Source: Candidatus Margulisiibacteriota bacterium (GTDB lineage Bacteria > Margulisbacteria > Riflemargulisbacteria > GWF2-39-127). From it: a DNA stretch of 64,000 bases. Position numbers and translations under genes: made by a program. Positions 39,221 to 47,972 of the stretch are shown piece by piece (positions within the stretch are counted from its first letter, which is position 1; every line of letters starts with the position of its first letter). The notes under the pieces were generated by a model. That model was not told where the DNA came from, did not search any database, and worked only from the letters and a program-made list of their open reading frames with translations. The stretch lies in contig QKMY01000043.1 of NCBI GenBank assembly GCA_003242895.1, positions 19,106-83,105 of the forward strand, written 5' to 3'.

Positions 39221-39913
39221 TTGATAAAACATATACCGATTATTCGTTACCAAGATATCGCTAAAACAGCCAAAGATAAAGAAACAACAACTCTCGATCT
39301 CCTTGAATACCAACTTAAATATCTTCATAATAAAGGATTCGAGACTTTGACATTAGAACATTTAAGCGAGAGCCTTGATGAATATACTCCTCGAAAAATA
39401 GTTCTTACCTTTGACGGAGGGTATTTAGGGCACTACCAATATGTATTTCCATTACTTCAACGCTACAACTATACCGGAGTATTCTTTATACCTACAAACC
39501 ATATCGGAGTCTTATCTTCCTGGGGTTATTCAAAAAAAAGCCTGCTCAGTTTTGAAGATATCTTTGAAATGTATCAATGGGGGATGGAGATAGGTGTCAA
39601 CTCTGCTTCTCATTGCGATTTGACAACACTAACCGCTGAGGAGCTGGCAGAAGAGATTATTGATAGCAAAAAATGTCTTGAAAAAATGCTGACCAGTGAA
39701 GTCAAATACTTTTCTTATCCTTATGGAAAGTATAACAATAAAGTTAAAGATTGTGTTCAACAAGCAGGATATACTAATGCTGTAAGCATATTTGACAAGC
39801 AAAAAGACTTATCAAATTCGAGGTTTGCTATAGACAGACTTCAGACAACCAACAAAAAGAATATTTTTAGCTATCTCGATATTCGCCGGGTTGCAAGTGG
39901 AACCTGGAAATAG
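39221..39913 (+). CDS. polysaccharide deacetylase (NodB homology domain)
   Basis: Motifs LTFDGGYLGHY and SHCDL. TTG start with AAGGAG 5 nt upstream. Confidence 0.7.
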   Translation: MIKHIPIIRYQDIAKTAKDKETTTLDLLEYQLKYLHNKGFETLTLEHLSESLDEYTPRKIVLTFDGGYLGHYQYVFPLLQRYNYTGVFFIPTNHIGVLSSWGYSKKSLLSFEDIFEMYQWGMEIGVNSASHCDLTTLTAEELAEEIIDSKKCLEKMLTSEVKYFSYPYGKYNNKVKDCVQQAGYTNAVSIFDKQKDLSNSRFAIDRLQTTNKKNIFSYLDIRRVASGTWK

Positions 39914-39937
39914 TCTCTTTTTATTCACTACCTGAGC

Positions 39938-40201
39938 TTAACGAAACATCCTTTGAAATGACATTAAAAAAAGATCTAACGAGAATAATTTTTTATTGAT
40001 ATAGTAAAAATCCGTTCTTATCTCTTTCATATATCCGCCTAGTCCACAGTTAATACCAGCAAAAAAATCCAAAATTCTTTCTTTTTGATTATCGCTCATA
40101 CGTCTTAGATCGAGATAGACAGGGATGCCTCTCTTTACCTTATTTGCAAGCACAAAAAGATCTTTTGAGGTATTCGGTGTCATTGTTATTACTTCATTCA
40201 T
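39938..40201 (-). CDS. SepF-like (DUF552) small protein
   Basis: 87 aa. VYLDLRRMSDNQKERILDFFAGINCGLGGYMKEIRTDFY aligns by eye with B. subtilis SepF [45 protein letters not shown] RBS. Confidence 0.55.
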   Translation of the reverse strand: MNEVITMTPNTSKDLFVLANKVKRGIPVYLDLRRMSDNQKERILDFFAGINCGLGGYMKEIRTDFYYINKKLFSLDLFLMSFQRMFR

Positions 40202-40281
40202 TTATTTTCTCCTCTTTTGAAGCCGTTTTAATTTCGTTAGTAACGTTTGGCTTTCTTTGTTTCCATAATACTCCCACCACC

Positions 40282-40298
40282 CTGACAGGATCTGTCAG
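40282..40298. repeat. palindrome CTGACAG-GAT-CTGTCAG in the sepF-like/alr divergent intergenic region
   Basis: 7-bp arms read directly at 40282-40288 and 40292-40298. Confidence 0.85.
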
Positions 40299-40589
40299 TT
40301 TACTAATCTCTAAAAAATTTGATATGTCCTTGAAAGGGCAAACATAAGTAATAAATAAATAATTCCACTCATTAGTACAATTTTTTCGAGCACTATCATG
40401 GGTGACAAATATTAAGTATGCGATAGCCCTGGTCGCCAGTATCCCTAGCCTTGTTATTTAATAAGTGTCGTAGTAATATTTATCGTAATAGTTCTGAATG
40501 ATGTGCTTCGCGGGACAGAACATTAACTGATGATATTCAATAATTAGCCATCACATTCATCAAAAAAATCACTCAAGGTGCTATAAACA

Positions 40590-41657
40590 TTGAAACGTGC
40601 TTATGTTGAAATTAATTTAACAAAATATGCAGAAAATATTAATAGATTCCGTACAATAATTCCGGCAGAAACAAAGCTTATGGCAGTTGTAAAGGCTGAC
40701 GCTTATGGTCACGGAGCTAACGAAATTTCTGATGTCGCAGTGGCAAACGGGATTGATTACTTAGGCGTTGCCTGGGTAAGTGAAGCTATTGCCCTGCGAG
40801 AAGCTGGAATTAAGTCGCCAATACTCATTCTATCCGAACCAACAATTAACATTGCAGCGGATATTGTACGATTAGACGTTACGCAAACGGTATATACTCT
40901 TAATTTTGCCAGGGCACTTTCTGATGCTGCAAAACAATTTAACAAAATTGCTAAAATACATATAAAAATAGACACCGGAATGAATAGAATAGGGGTAAAT
41001 GGCGATGAAGCAACTCTACTCGTAGAGCAGATACATGAACTAGACAATATATTTATAGAAGGCGTTTTCACTCACTTTGCCAAAGCCGATACTATAGATG
41101 ATAATTATACATTACAGCAAGTAAAACAGTTTACAGAAATTGTAACTTCCTTAGAAAAAAAGGGGTATAGTTTTCCCATTAAGCATTGTGCAAATACTGC
41201 CGGGACCTTTAACTATCCTTCAGCCCATGTAAATATGGTCAGGGTAGGAATCGGTTCATATCAGGACGTGCTGACATTTAAGAGCCGGATCGCTTATGTA
41301 AAAAGAGTCCCGAAGGATTCATATGTAAGCTACAGTTGCTCGTATAAAACAGAGAAAGAAACAACGATAGCAACTCTTTCAGTTGGATATGCTGACGGAC
41401 TGGTACGCGCATTATCAAACAAGGGCCATGTTATTGTAAATGGAAAAAAATATCCGATTGTTGGACGAATATGTATGGATATGACAATGATCGATTTAGG
41501 CGACGACATTTATCACGTTGGTGAAGAAGTAATTCTTATTGGCAGTCAAGGCAGCGAAACCATTTCGGTTGAAGAAGTTGCTGAACTAGCAGGTACAATA
41601 AGTTATGAGATACTATGTGGAATAGGAAAACGGGTTAATAGAATATATCATTATTAA
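40590..41657 (+). CDS. alr: alanine racemase
   Basis: Motifs VVKADAYGHGA (PLP Lys), GYADG and GRICMDM. TTG start with AAGGTG upstream. Confidence 0.9.
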   Translation: MKRAYVEINLTKYAENINRFRTIIPAETKLMAVVKADAYGHGANEISDVAVANGIDYLGVAWVSEAIALREAGIKSPILILSEPTINIAADIVRLDVTQTVYTLNFARALSDAAKQFNKIAKIHIKIDTGMNRIGVNGDEATLLVEQIHELDNIFIEGVFTHFAKADTIDDNYTLQQVKQFTEIVTSLEKKGYSFPIKHCANTAGTFNYPSAHVNMVRVGIGSYQDVLTFKSRIAYVKRVPKDSYVSYSCSYKTEKETTIATLSVGYADGLVRALSNKGHVIVNGKKYPIVGRICMDMTMIDLGDDIYHVGEEVILIGSQGSETISVEEVAELAGTISYEILCGIGKRVNRIYHY

Positions 41658-41668
41658 GGAGGACAGCC

Positions 41669-43417
41669 ATGTCGTACATAACACTCTATAGGAAGTACAG
41701 GTCCCAAAGCTTTAAAGATTTGGTCGGACAAGAATCTATCATAAAAACATTATCGAATGCAATAGAAAATGACCGACTTACTCACGCATATATATTTTCG
41801 GGACCTCGTGGAACCGGGAAAACGTCCACGGCAAGAATTCTTGCGAAATCTCTTAACTGCCGAACCGGTAAATCAGTAAATCCATGCAATGTATGCAATG
41901 TTTGTAAAGGAATAACAGATGGCTCCAGTATGGATGTCATCGAAATTGACGCAGCATCTAATCGGGGAATTGACGAAATGCGCCAGGTCAGGGAGAAAGT
42001 TAACTTTGCCCCTGTAGAAGGGAAATATAAAGTCTATATAATTGACGAAGTTCATATGCTCACTGAACCTGCTTTCAATGCACTTCTAAAAACTCTGGAG
42101 GAACCGCCAACTCATACGATATTCATACTAGCGACCACTGATCCGCAAAAAGTGCCGGTAACCATACTATCCCGTTGCCAAAGATTGGACTTCGGCCGGA
42201 TACCTATATCGCAAATATCTGAACACCTGAAATATATTGCGGCAAAAGAAAATGCCACAATCGAGGAAAAAGCAGCCTTAATGATTGCAAAAAATTCTGA
42301 AGGAGGCTTGAGAGATGCAATCTCCCTCATGGATCAAGTAATTGCTTTCTCCGGCAATACGATTACAAGCGATAGCGTCATTACAATCATTGGTAATTAC
42401 TCATCGGATTTTCTTTTTGATATAGCAGAAATAATGGCAAAAAACGGCATTAATGAATTACTATCTCAATTGGATGAAGTTATAAACCAAGGGAAAAACA
42501 TTACGCAGATCGTACGTGATCTTATTGATTTCTATCGGTCTATGATGTTCGTAAAGCTAGGAAATACAAAGACCATAGAAATGAGCGAAGATCAGATTAC
42601 CCGCTTAAAGAATATTACAGCCAACTATCCGGTAAAACGAATTAAAGAAATAATAATGGTGCTGTCAAAAGCTGAACTCGATATGAAATGGCATCCGAAC
42701 TCTCGCTTATTAGTAGAAATCGCATTTATTGATCTTACTATGCTCGCTGAAAATACTGAAGTTGAAAAAGAAGCTGCCTTACCTAAACACGATTATGGCA
42801 GCAATTCTCCGGCGACCAAGGCAGCTAATCCAGCCAGGCAGGGCAGTGCTCAATCAGGAACTCCGGTGAGTGAGCCGAAAAAAGAGGAGAAGGCTTTCAC
42901 CTCACATATTAGCTCTGAGCCATCAACAATTAATACTCTCACTTTTAACCAGGTATCTTCTAAGGATAGTAGCAAAAATATTTCAGCTATTGAACCGGTA
43001 ATAGAAAAGAAAATGGAGGAAATAAAAGCCAGTATAAAACAAATTGACAATCTTCATGTAGAACTATCCTTGCCAGCAGTGAAACATCACTGGACAGATA
43101 TCATCAATAAAATAAAGGGTAAGAATAAAATAAAATTATCAGTATATTTGCTGGAATGTGAGCCCTTTAAAATTGAAAACCAAAAAGTCTTCTTGGCTTT
43201 CAAAGAAAAATATTCTTTTCATAAAGATCAAGTTTCACAAAAAGAAAATGCAGACCTGATTGAAGAAGTTTTCAAGTCTATATTCGGCAACAATACTACT
43301 GTCGAATTTGTTACAAGACCTTCCGACGCCCAACAAAACAGGCTTGGAGATCAGGCGAAAGAAAACAACGAAGACACCAATAATTTGGTAAGCCTTTTCG
43401 ACGGACAGTTGCTCTAG
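41669..43417 (+). CDS. dnaX: DNA polymerase III subunit gamma/tau
   Basis: Walker A GPRGTGKTS, zinc module CRTGKSVNPCNVCNVC, IIDEVHML and SRCQRLDF. Confidence 0.95.
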   Translation: MSYITLYRKYRSQSFKDLVGQESIIKTLSNAIENDRLTHAYIFSGPRGTGKTSTARILAKSLNCRTGKSVNPCNVCNVCKGITDGSSMDVIEIDAASNRGIDEMRQVREKVNFAPVEGKYKVYIIDEVHMLTEPAFNALLKTLEEPPTHTIFILATTDPQKVPVTILSRCQRLDFGRIPISQISEHLKYIAAKENATIEEKAALMIAKNSEGGLRDAISLMDQVIAFSGNTITSDSVITIIGNYSSDFLFDIAEIMAKNGINELLSQLDEVINQGKNITQIVRDLIDFYRSMMFVKLGNTKTIEMSEDQITRLKNITANYPVKRIKEIIMVLSKAELDMKWHPNSRLLVEIAFIDLTMLAENTEVEKEAALPKHDYGSNSPATKAANPARQGSAQSGTPVSEPKKEEKAFTSHISSEPSTINTLTFNQVSSKDSSKNISAIEPVIEKKMEEIKASIKQIDNLHVELSLPAVKHHWTDIINKIKGKNKIKLSVYLLECEPFKIENQKVFLAFKEKYSFHKDQVSQKENADLIEEVFKSIFGNNTTVEFVTRPSDAQQNRLGDQAKENNEDTNNLVSLFDGQLL

Positions 43418-43619
43418 GTACTATTTTTTTAGACTTAACTTCCAATCGATGCAGGCTTTTCGGCCATGTTGCATACTAATTTATATTAAAAAAAGACCAA
43501 TATGGCGATGAAGCTGATATAAATCCTTTTTTCTTATTTACCAAATCCGGCATTTCAATCCACACTATTTTTACTATATATGTAATAAAAAAAACGATAT
43601 TCCAGTCGTAATTTACTTA

Positions 43620-43648
43620 TAGAAAACATATTATGCCTATGGTATAAT
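43620..43648 (+). promoter_or_regulatory. putative promoter with extended -10 (TGGTATAAT) upstream of ybaB
   Basis: TGGTATAAT at 43640-43648, about 35 nt upstream of the ybaB ATG. The -35 is weak. Confidence 0.4.
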
Positions 43649-43682
43649 TAGCCTGTTTGAAAACTTTTAAAGGAGGATTCCC

Positions 43683-43976
43683 ATGTTCGGCAAATTAGGT
43701 GATTTAGGCGGCATTATGAAACAAATGAAAGATCTGAAAAAAGCTCAAAAAGAATTAAAGAAGATTACAGCAGAAGTTACAAAAGATAATGTTAAAGTTG
43801 TTGTTAACGGAGAAATGAAAATAGTTGATCTTTTTATCGATGAACCGGTCGATGTTAAAAAATTACAAAAGACGATCAAAGAAGCAGTAAACGATGCAAT
43901 TAACAAAGTTCAGTTTGATTCAGCACAAAAACTATCAGGAATGGCTGGAGGATTAAATATCCCTGGCTTAAGTTAA
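43683..43976 (+). CDS. ybaB: YbaB/EbfC family nucleoid-associated protein
   Basis: 97 aa. N-terminus GDLGGIMKQMKDLKKAQKEL. Sits in the conserved dnaX-ybaB-recR order. Confidence 0.85.
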   Translation: MFGKLGDLGGIMKQMKDLKKAQKELKKITAEVTKDNVKVVVNGEMKIVDLFIDEPVDVKKLQKTIKEAVNDAINKVQFDSAQKLSGMAGGLNIPGLS

Positions 43977-43986
43977 TAGAGATATA

Positions 43987-44592
43987 TTGATGATGTATTC
44001 TTACAGCGGGCCACTCGCAAAGCTAATAAATGAATTCACAAAAATGCCTGGAATAGGACCTAAGTCAGCCCAGCGACTAGCATTTTATATTCTTTCAATT
44101 GACAAAGAATCTGTTAGAGACCTGCTAGAAGCAATAGATCAAGTCAAAAAAAACATAAAGTTTTGCAGTAGATGTTTCAATATCTCAGTAAATGATCTTT
44201 GCGATGTATGTGCTAACACAGCCAGGGAGACAGATAAAATATGCGTTGTAGCTGAGTCAAAAGATCTCATCGCGATGGAGAGGACCAATCTTTATAAAGG
44301 AACATATCATGTTCTCGGGGGAGTGATATCTCCAATAAATGGCATAGGTCCCGAGGCATTAAGGGTAGCTGAACTAATGAGAAGATTGCAAAAAGAAGAG
44401 ATATCGGAAATTATTTTTGCATTCAATCCTAACGTGGAAGGCGAAGCGACCATACTTTATCTCAGCAGTCGCATAAAACCACTCAACATAAAAGTTTCAC
44501 GAATAGCTTATGGGCTTCCGGTAGGAAGTGACATGGATTACGCTGATGAGAACACATTATCAAAATCTTTCGAAGGCCGTATAAATCTATAA
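43987..44592 (+). CDS. recR: recombination protein RecR
   Basis: HhH motif MPGIGPKSAQRLAFYIL, C4 zinc finger CSRCFNISVNDLCDVC, and a Toprim region. Confidence 0.95.
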   Translation: MMMYSYSGPLAKLINEFTKMPGIGPKSAQRLAFYILSIDKESVRDLLEAIDQVKKNIKFCSRCFNISVNDLCDVCANTARETDKICVVAESKDLIAMERTNLYKGTYHVLGGVISPINGIGPEALRVAELMRRLQKEEISEIIFAFNPNVEGEATILYLSSRIKPLNIKVSRIAYGLPVGSDMDYADENTLSKSFEGRINL

Positions 44593-44604
44593 AGGAGGAA
44601 AAGA

Positions 44605-45177
44605 ATGGCAGAAATTACAGAAATAAGATGGCATGGACGAGGTGGACAGGGTGCAAAAACAGTAGCGCTGTTATTTGCAGATGCTGCGTTAGCCACGGGG
44701 AAACAAATTCAAGCGTTTCCAGAATATGGACCTGAGAGAATGGGGGCTCCCGTACGATCCTTCAATAGACTGAGTGACGGACCAATAACGCTTCATTGCT
44801 CAGTAGATAGTCCGTCAATAGTTATCGTACTTGACGAAACGTTATGTAAATCAGTTGACGTTACAGCAGGCCTACCAAAAGATGGCATATTACTGATTAA
44901 TACAGCAAAAAATGCAGCATATTTTAAAGAACTGCTCAAGTTTAGCGGCAAGGTATACGCAGTTGATGCATCTCAAATTGCAATTCAGGAAATCGGGATG
45001 AACAAACCAAATACCCCTATGTTAGGTGCTCTTGTTAAAGCATCAGGAATACTTGATTTCGATAAAATGATACAGGATACAGAACAAAAATTAGCCAAAA
45101 AATTCGCTCACAAACCTGAGGTTATCAAAGGTAATGTAAATGCAATTAAAAGAGCTTATGCGGAGGTGAAATCTTAA
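44605..45177 (+). CDS. porG: pyruvate/2-oxoacid:ferredoxin oxidoreductase gamma subunit
   Basis: N-terminus IRWHGRGGQGAKT. First gene of a gamma-delta-alpha-beta set. Confidence 0.85.
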   Translation: MAEITEIRWHGRGGQGAKTVALLFADAALATGKQIQAFPEYGPERMGAPVRSFNRLSDGPITLHCSVDSPSIVIVLDETLCKSVDVTAGLPKDGILLINTAKNAAYFKELLKFSGKVYAVDASQIAIQEIGMNKPNTPMLGALVKASGILDFDKMIQDTEQKLAKKFAHKPEVIKGNVNAIKRAYAEVKS

Positions 45178-45470
45178 TGGGATCCATATTTGAAGAACTA
45201 AAAAAATCACAAGAATTAGACAGGGGCGCCTACTTGGGAATTCCAGGATCATCCGAATATAGAAAAACTGGTGACTGGAGAGTAAATATTCCTGTAAAGA
45301 ACGAGAAATGTATAAGCTGTGCATTGTGTTGGGCTTATTGTCCTGACTCGTCAATTTTGTTCAAAGATGGCAAGATGACGGGAATTGATTATGACCACTG
45401 TAAAGGTTGTGGCATTTGTGCTAAAGTGTGCCCAGTAAAGGCAATAGAGATGGCAATAGAAGAAAAATAA
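45177..45470 (+). CDS. porD: pyruvate:ferredoxin oxidoreductase delta subunit (2x[4Fe-4S])
   Basis: Clusters CISCALCWAYCP and CKGCGICAKVCP. The start overlaps the porG stop (TAATG). Confidence 0.85.
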   Translation: MGSIFEELKKSQELDRGAYLGIPGSSEYRKTGDWRVNIPVKNEKCISCALCWAYCPDSSILFKDGKMTGIDYDHCKGCGICAKVCPVKAIEMAIEEK

Positions 45471-45493
45471 AATCTTAAGGAGTGAAAAAAAGA

Positions 45494-46672
45494 ATGGTAA
45501 GAGTAGCAAAAACTGGTAATGAAGCAATGGCCGAAGCTATGAGACAGATAAACCCTGACGTGGTTCCTGTTTATCCAATTACTCCAGCAACAGAAATAGC
45601 ACAAATTTTTGCGGGTTTCGTTGCCGATGGTAAAGTCGATTCTGAAATGGTAAGAGTTGAAAGTGAACATTCAGCTATAAGTGCTGCATTTGGCGCATCT
45701 GCTGCCGGAGCCCGTGCTATGACTGCAACTTCCTCCCAAGGATTAGCACTAATGTGGGAAATATTACCGATCTGTTCAGCAGTAAGATTACCAATCATAA
45801 TGGCCGAAGTTAATAGAGCTATAAGTGGACCTATCAATATTCATTGTGATCATTCGGATACAATGGGTGCACGAGATGTAGGCTGGATTCAGATATTCTC
45901 TGAAAACGCGCAAGAAGCTTATGATAATATGTTACAAGCAGTTAAGATCTCCGAACATGATGATGTAAGACTTCCTTCTATGGTAACAACAGATGGATTT
46001 ATAATCAGCCATGCGATGGAAGCTGTTGATATGCTTGATGACAAAGATGCAAAAGAATATGTTGGTAATTTCGTTGCAGATCATCCATTACTCGATACAA
46101 CGAAGCCAGGAACTATCGGAGCTATCGATTTGCAGAATTATTATTTTGAACATAAATATCCAGTTGCTATGGCGATGAAAGCAGCAATAAATGTTATCGT
46201 CGAAACCGGGAAATCATATGGCGAAAAAACCGGTCGACACTATGGACTATTTGAAGAAGTAGCGATGGATGATGCCGAACTTGTACTCGTAATACTAGGT
46301 TCAACAGCAGGAACAAACAGAACGGCAATTGAGCAGCTGAGAGCCGAAGGCATCAAAGCTGGAATGATAAAGTTGCGTGTTTTTCGTCCATTTCCATTTG
46401 AAGAATTAGCAAAAGCACTTGGAAATGCAAAAGTGGTTGGAGTACTTGATAGATCAGATTCATATAACGCTTTTGGCGGACCTTTGTTTACAGAAATCTG
46501 TGCCGCATTATTCAATTCAGACAAAAGACCGAAAGTTAAAAATTATATTTATGGACTTGGCGGCAGAGATATAAACGTTAAGGACCTGAAAGATATATAT
46601 ATGGAACTTAATTCCGTTAAAGAAACAGGAACAATCAAAGAACTAGTTACCTATAAAGGTGTAAGAATTTAA
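45494..46672 (+). CDS. porA: pyruvate:ferredoxin oxidoreductase alpha subunit
   Basis: Motifs GNEAMAEAM, VYPITPATEI and SEHSAISAAFGASAAGAR. ATG at 45494 lies 11 nt after AAGGAG; the ORF is open from GTG 45482. Confidence 0.9.
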   Translation: MVRVAKTGNEAMAEAMRQINPDVVPVYPITPATEIAQIFAGFVADGKVDSEMVRVESEHSAISAAFGASAAGARAMTATSSQGLALMWEILPICSAVRLPIIMAEVNRAISGPINIHCDHSDTMGARDVGWIQIFSENAQEAYDNMLQAVKISEHDDVRLPSMVTTDGFIISHAMEAVDMLDDKDAKEYVGNFVADHPLLDTTKPGTIGAIDLQNYYFEHKYPVAMAMKAAINVIVETGKSYGEKTGRHYGLFEEVAMDDAELVLVILGSTAGTNRTAIEQLRAEGIKAGMIKLRVFRPFPFEELAKALGNAKVVGVLDRSDSYNAFGGPLFTEICAALFNSDKRPKVKNYIYGLGGRDINVKDLKDIYMELNSVKETGTIKELVTYKGVRI

Positions 46673-46687
46673 AAGGAGGAACCTAAA

Positions 46688-47614
46688 TTGGCTACGTTAA
46701 AAGAATTAGCATCAAAAGAAGAGAAATTGGCCGGAGGACATACATCCTGTGCAGGATGTGGATATCCTTCGATCATCAGATTAATCATGCAAGCAGCTAA
46801 ATACCCACTTGTTATTGGTTCAGCGACAGGATGTCTAGAAGTTAACACAACTATATTTCCATATACTTCATGGAAGGTGCCGTTTATTCACTGCGCTTTT
46901 GAAAACTCAGCAGCGACTGTAAGTGGCGTTGAGGCAGCATACAGATCCCTTGTAAGACAAGAAAAATTACCGGAAACTAATATCAAATTCATTGCTTTTG
47001 GTGGTGATGGAGGTACATACGATATCGGTTTACAATCTTTATCGGGTGCTATGGAACGCGGACATGATATGCTCTATGTTTGCTATGATAACGGCGCATA
47101 TATGAATACTGGTATTCAAAGATCTGGCGCTACTCCTAAATACGCAAATACAACAACTGCACCAGCAGGAAAAGTAAAGCAGGGAAAAGAACAATTCAGA
47201 AAAGATCTGACGGCTATTCTTGTAGCGCACGGGATACCATATATCGGACAAGCTATTGGTGGAAATTGGAAAGATTTAACGAATAAGATAGAAAAGGCTA
47301 TGGAAATAAAGGGACCAAAATTTCTTAATGTTTTATCAACATGTCCGCTTGGATGGGGAACTAACTCTGAAGATACGGTTATGTTAACCCAACTTGCAAC
47401 AGAAACATGCTTCTGGCCTTTATTTGAAGTTGAAAATGGAGTTTATAAACTTACTTACAAACCAAAAACAAAGAAACCAATTGTTGAATGGTTAAAGTTG
47501 CAAACTCGTTTCAAACATCTATTCAAACCAGGGAACGAAGCCTTAATCGAGGAAGTACAGCAAGATGTAGATATTCGATGGAATAAATTATTAAAATTAT
47601 GTGGCGAAATTTAA
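46688..47614 (+). CDS. porB: pyruvate:ferredoxin oxidoreductase beta (TPP) subunit
   Basis: Motifs GHTSCAGCGY and FGGDGGTYDIGLQSL. TTG start with AAGGAGG 8 nt upstream. Confidence 0.9.
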   Translation: MATLKELASKEEKLAGGHTSCAGCGYPSIIRLIMQAAKYPLVIGSATGCLEVNTTIFPYTSWKVPFIHCAFENSAATVSGVEAAYRSLVRQEKLPETNIKFIAFGGDGGTYDIGLQSLSGAMERGHDMLYVCYDNGAYMNTGIQRSGATPKYANTTTAPAGKVKQGKEQFRKDLTAILVAHGIPYIGQAIGGNWKDLTNKIEKAMEIKGPKFLNVLSTCPLGWGTNSEDTVMLTQLATETCFWPLFEVENGVYKLTYKPKTKKPIVEWLKLQTRFKHLFKPGNEALIEEVQQDVDIRWNKLLKLCGEI

Positions 47615-47650
47615 ATTTTTCCACATATTATTATGGAAGGGGGAGTTTAG

Positions 47651-47932
47651 ATGAACAAGAAAGAGCTAATAGAAAAAATATCAAACAATACTGGGAAAAA
47701 CAAGTCAGATGTAAAAGATGTCGTTGAAATGGCAATTGATCTCATGATCGATGAGTTAAAACACGGCAATCCGGTTCGTCTTGTAGGATTTGGTCAGTTT
47801 GAAGTTAAAAAAAGAGCTTCGAGAGAAGGTCGTAACCCTCAAACTGGTGCAAAAATAACGATTCCAGCTACTGTCACACCTACTTTTGTAGCAGGTAAAA
47901 CACTTAAAGATGAAGTAAAAGGTAGGGTTTAA
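47651..47932 (+). CDS. hup: HU family DNA-binding protein
   Basis: 93 aa. Motifs MNKKELIEKIS, GFGQFEV and GRNPQTGAKI. Confidence 0.9.
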   Translation: MNKKELIEKISNNTGKNKSDVKDVVEMAIDLMIDELKHGNPVRLVGFGQFEVKKRASREGRNPQTGAKITIPATVTPTFVAGKTLKDEVKGRV

Positions 47933-47943
47933 TTAATTTAGAT

Positions 47944-47972
47944 TTGGTCTAGATACTAAGTGCTGGTATAAT
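47944..47972 (+). promoter_or_regulatory. putative promoter TTGGTC-N14-TGGTATAAT upstream of the R3H ATPase gene
   Basis: -35-like TTGGTC at 47944-47949 and extended -10 TGGTATAAT at 47964-47972. Embedded in the loop of an inverted repeat. Confidence 0.4.

Noticed and set aside
42878-42884. AAAAAAG run in the dnaX linker region (..EPKKEEK..). It is reminiscent of the E. coli A-AAA-AAG -1 frameshift site that produces the gamma subunit, and the -1 frame here would terminate after 9 codons.
   Set aside because: The zero frame reads CCG-AAA-AAA-GAG, so the heptamer is not in the X-XXY-YYZ register needed for tandem tRNA slippage. I saw no nearby upstream SD-like stimulator or downstream hairpin, and A6 is short for transcriptional slippage.
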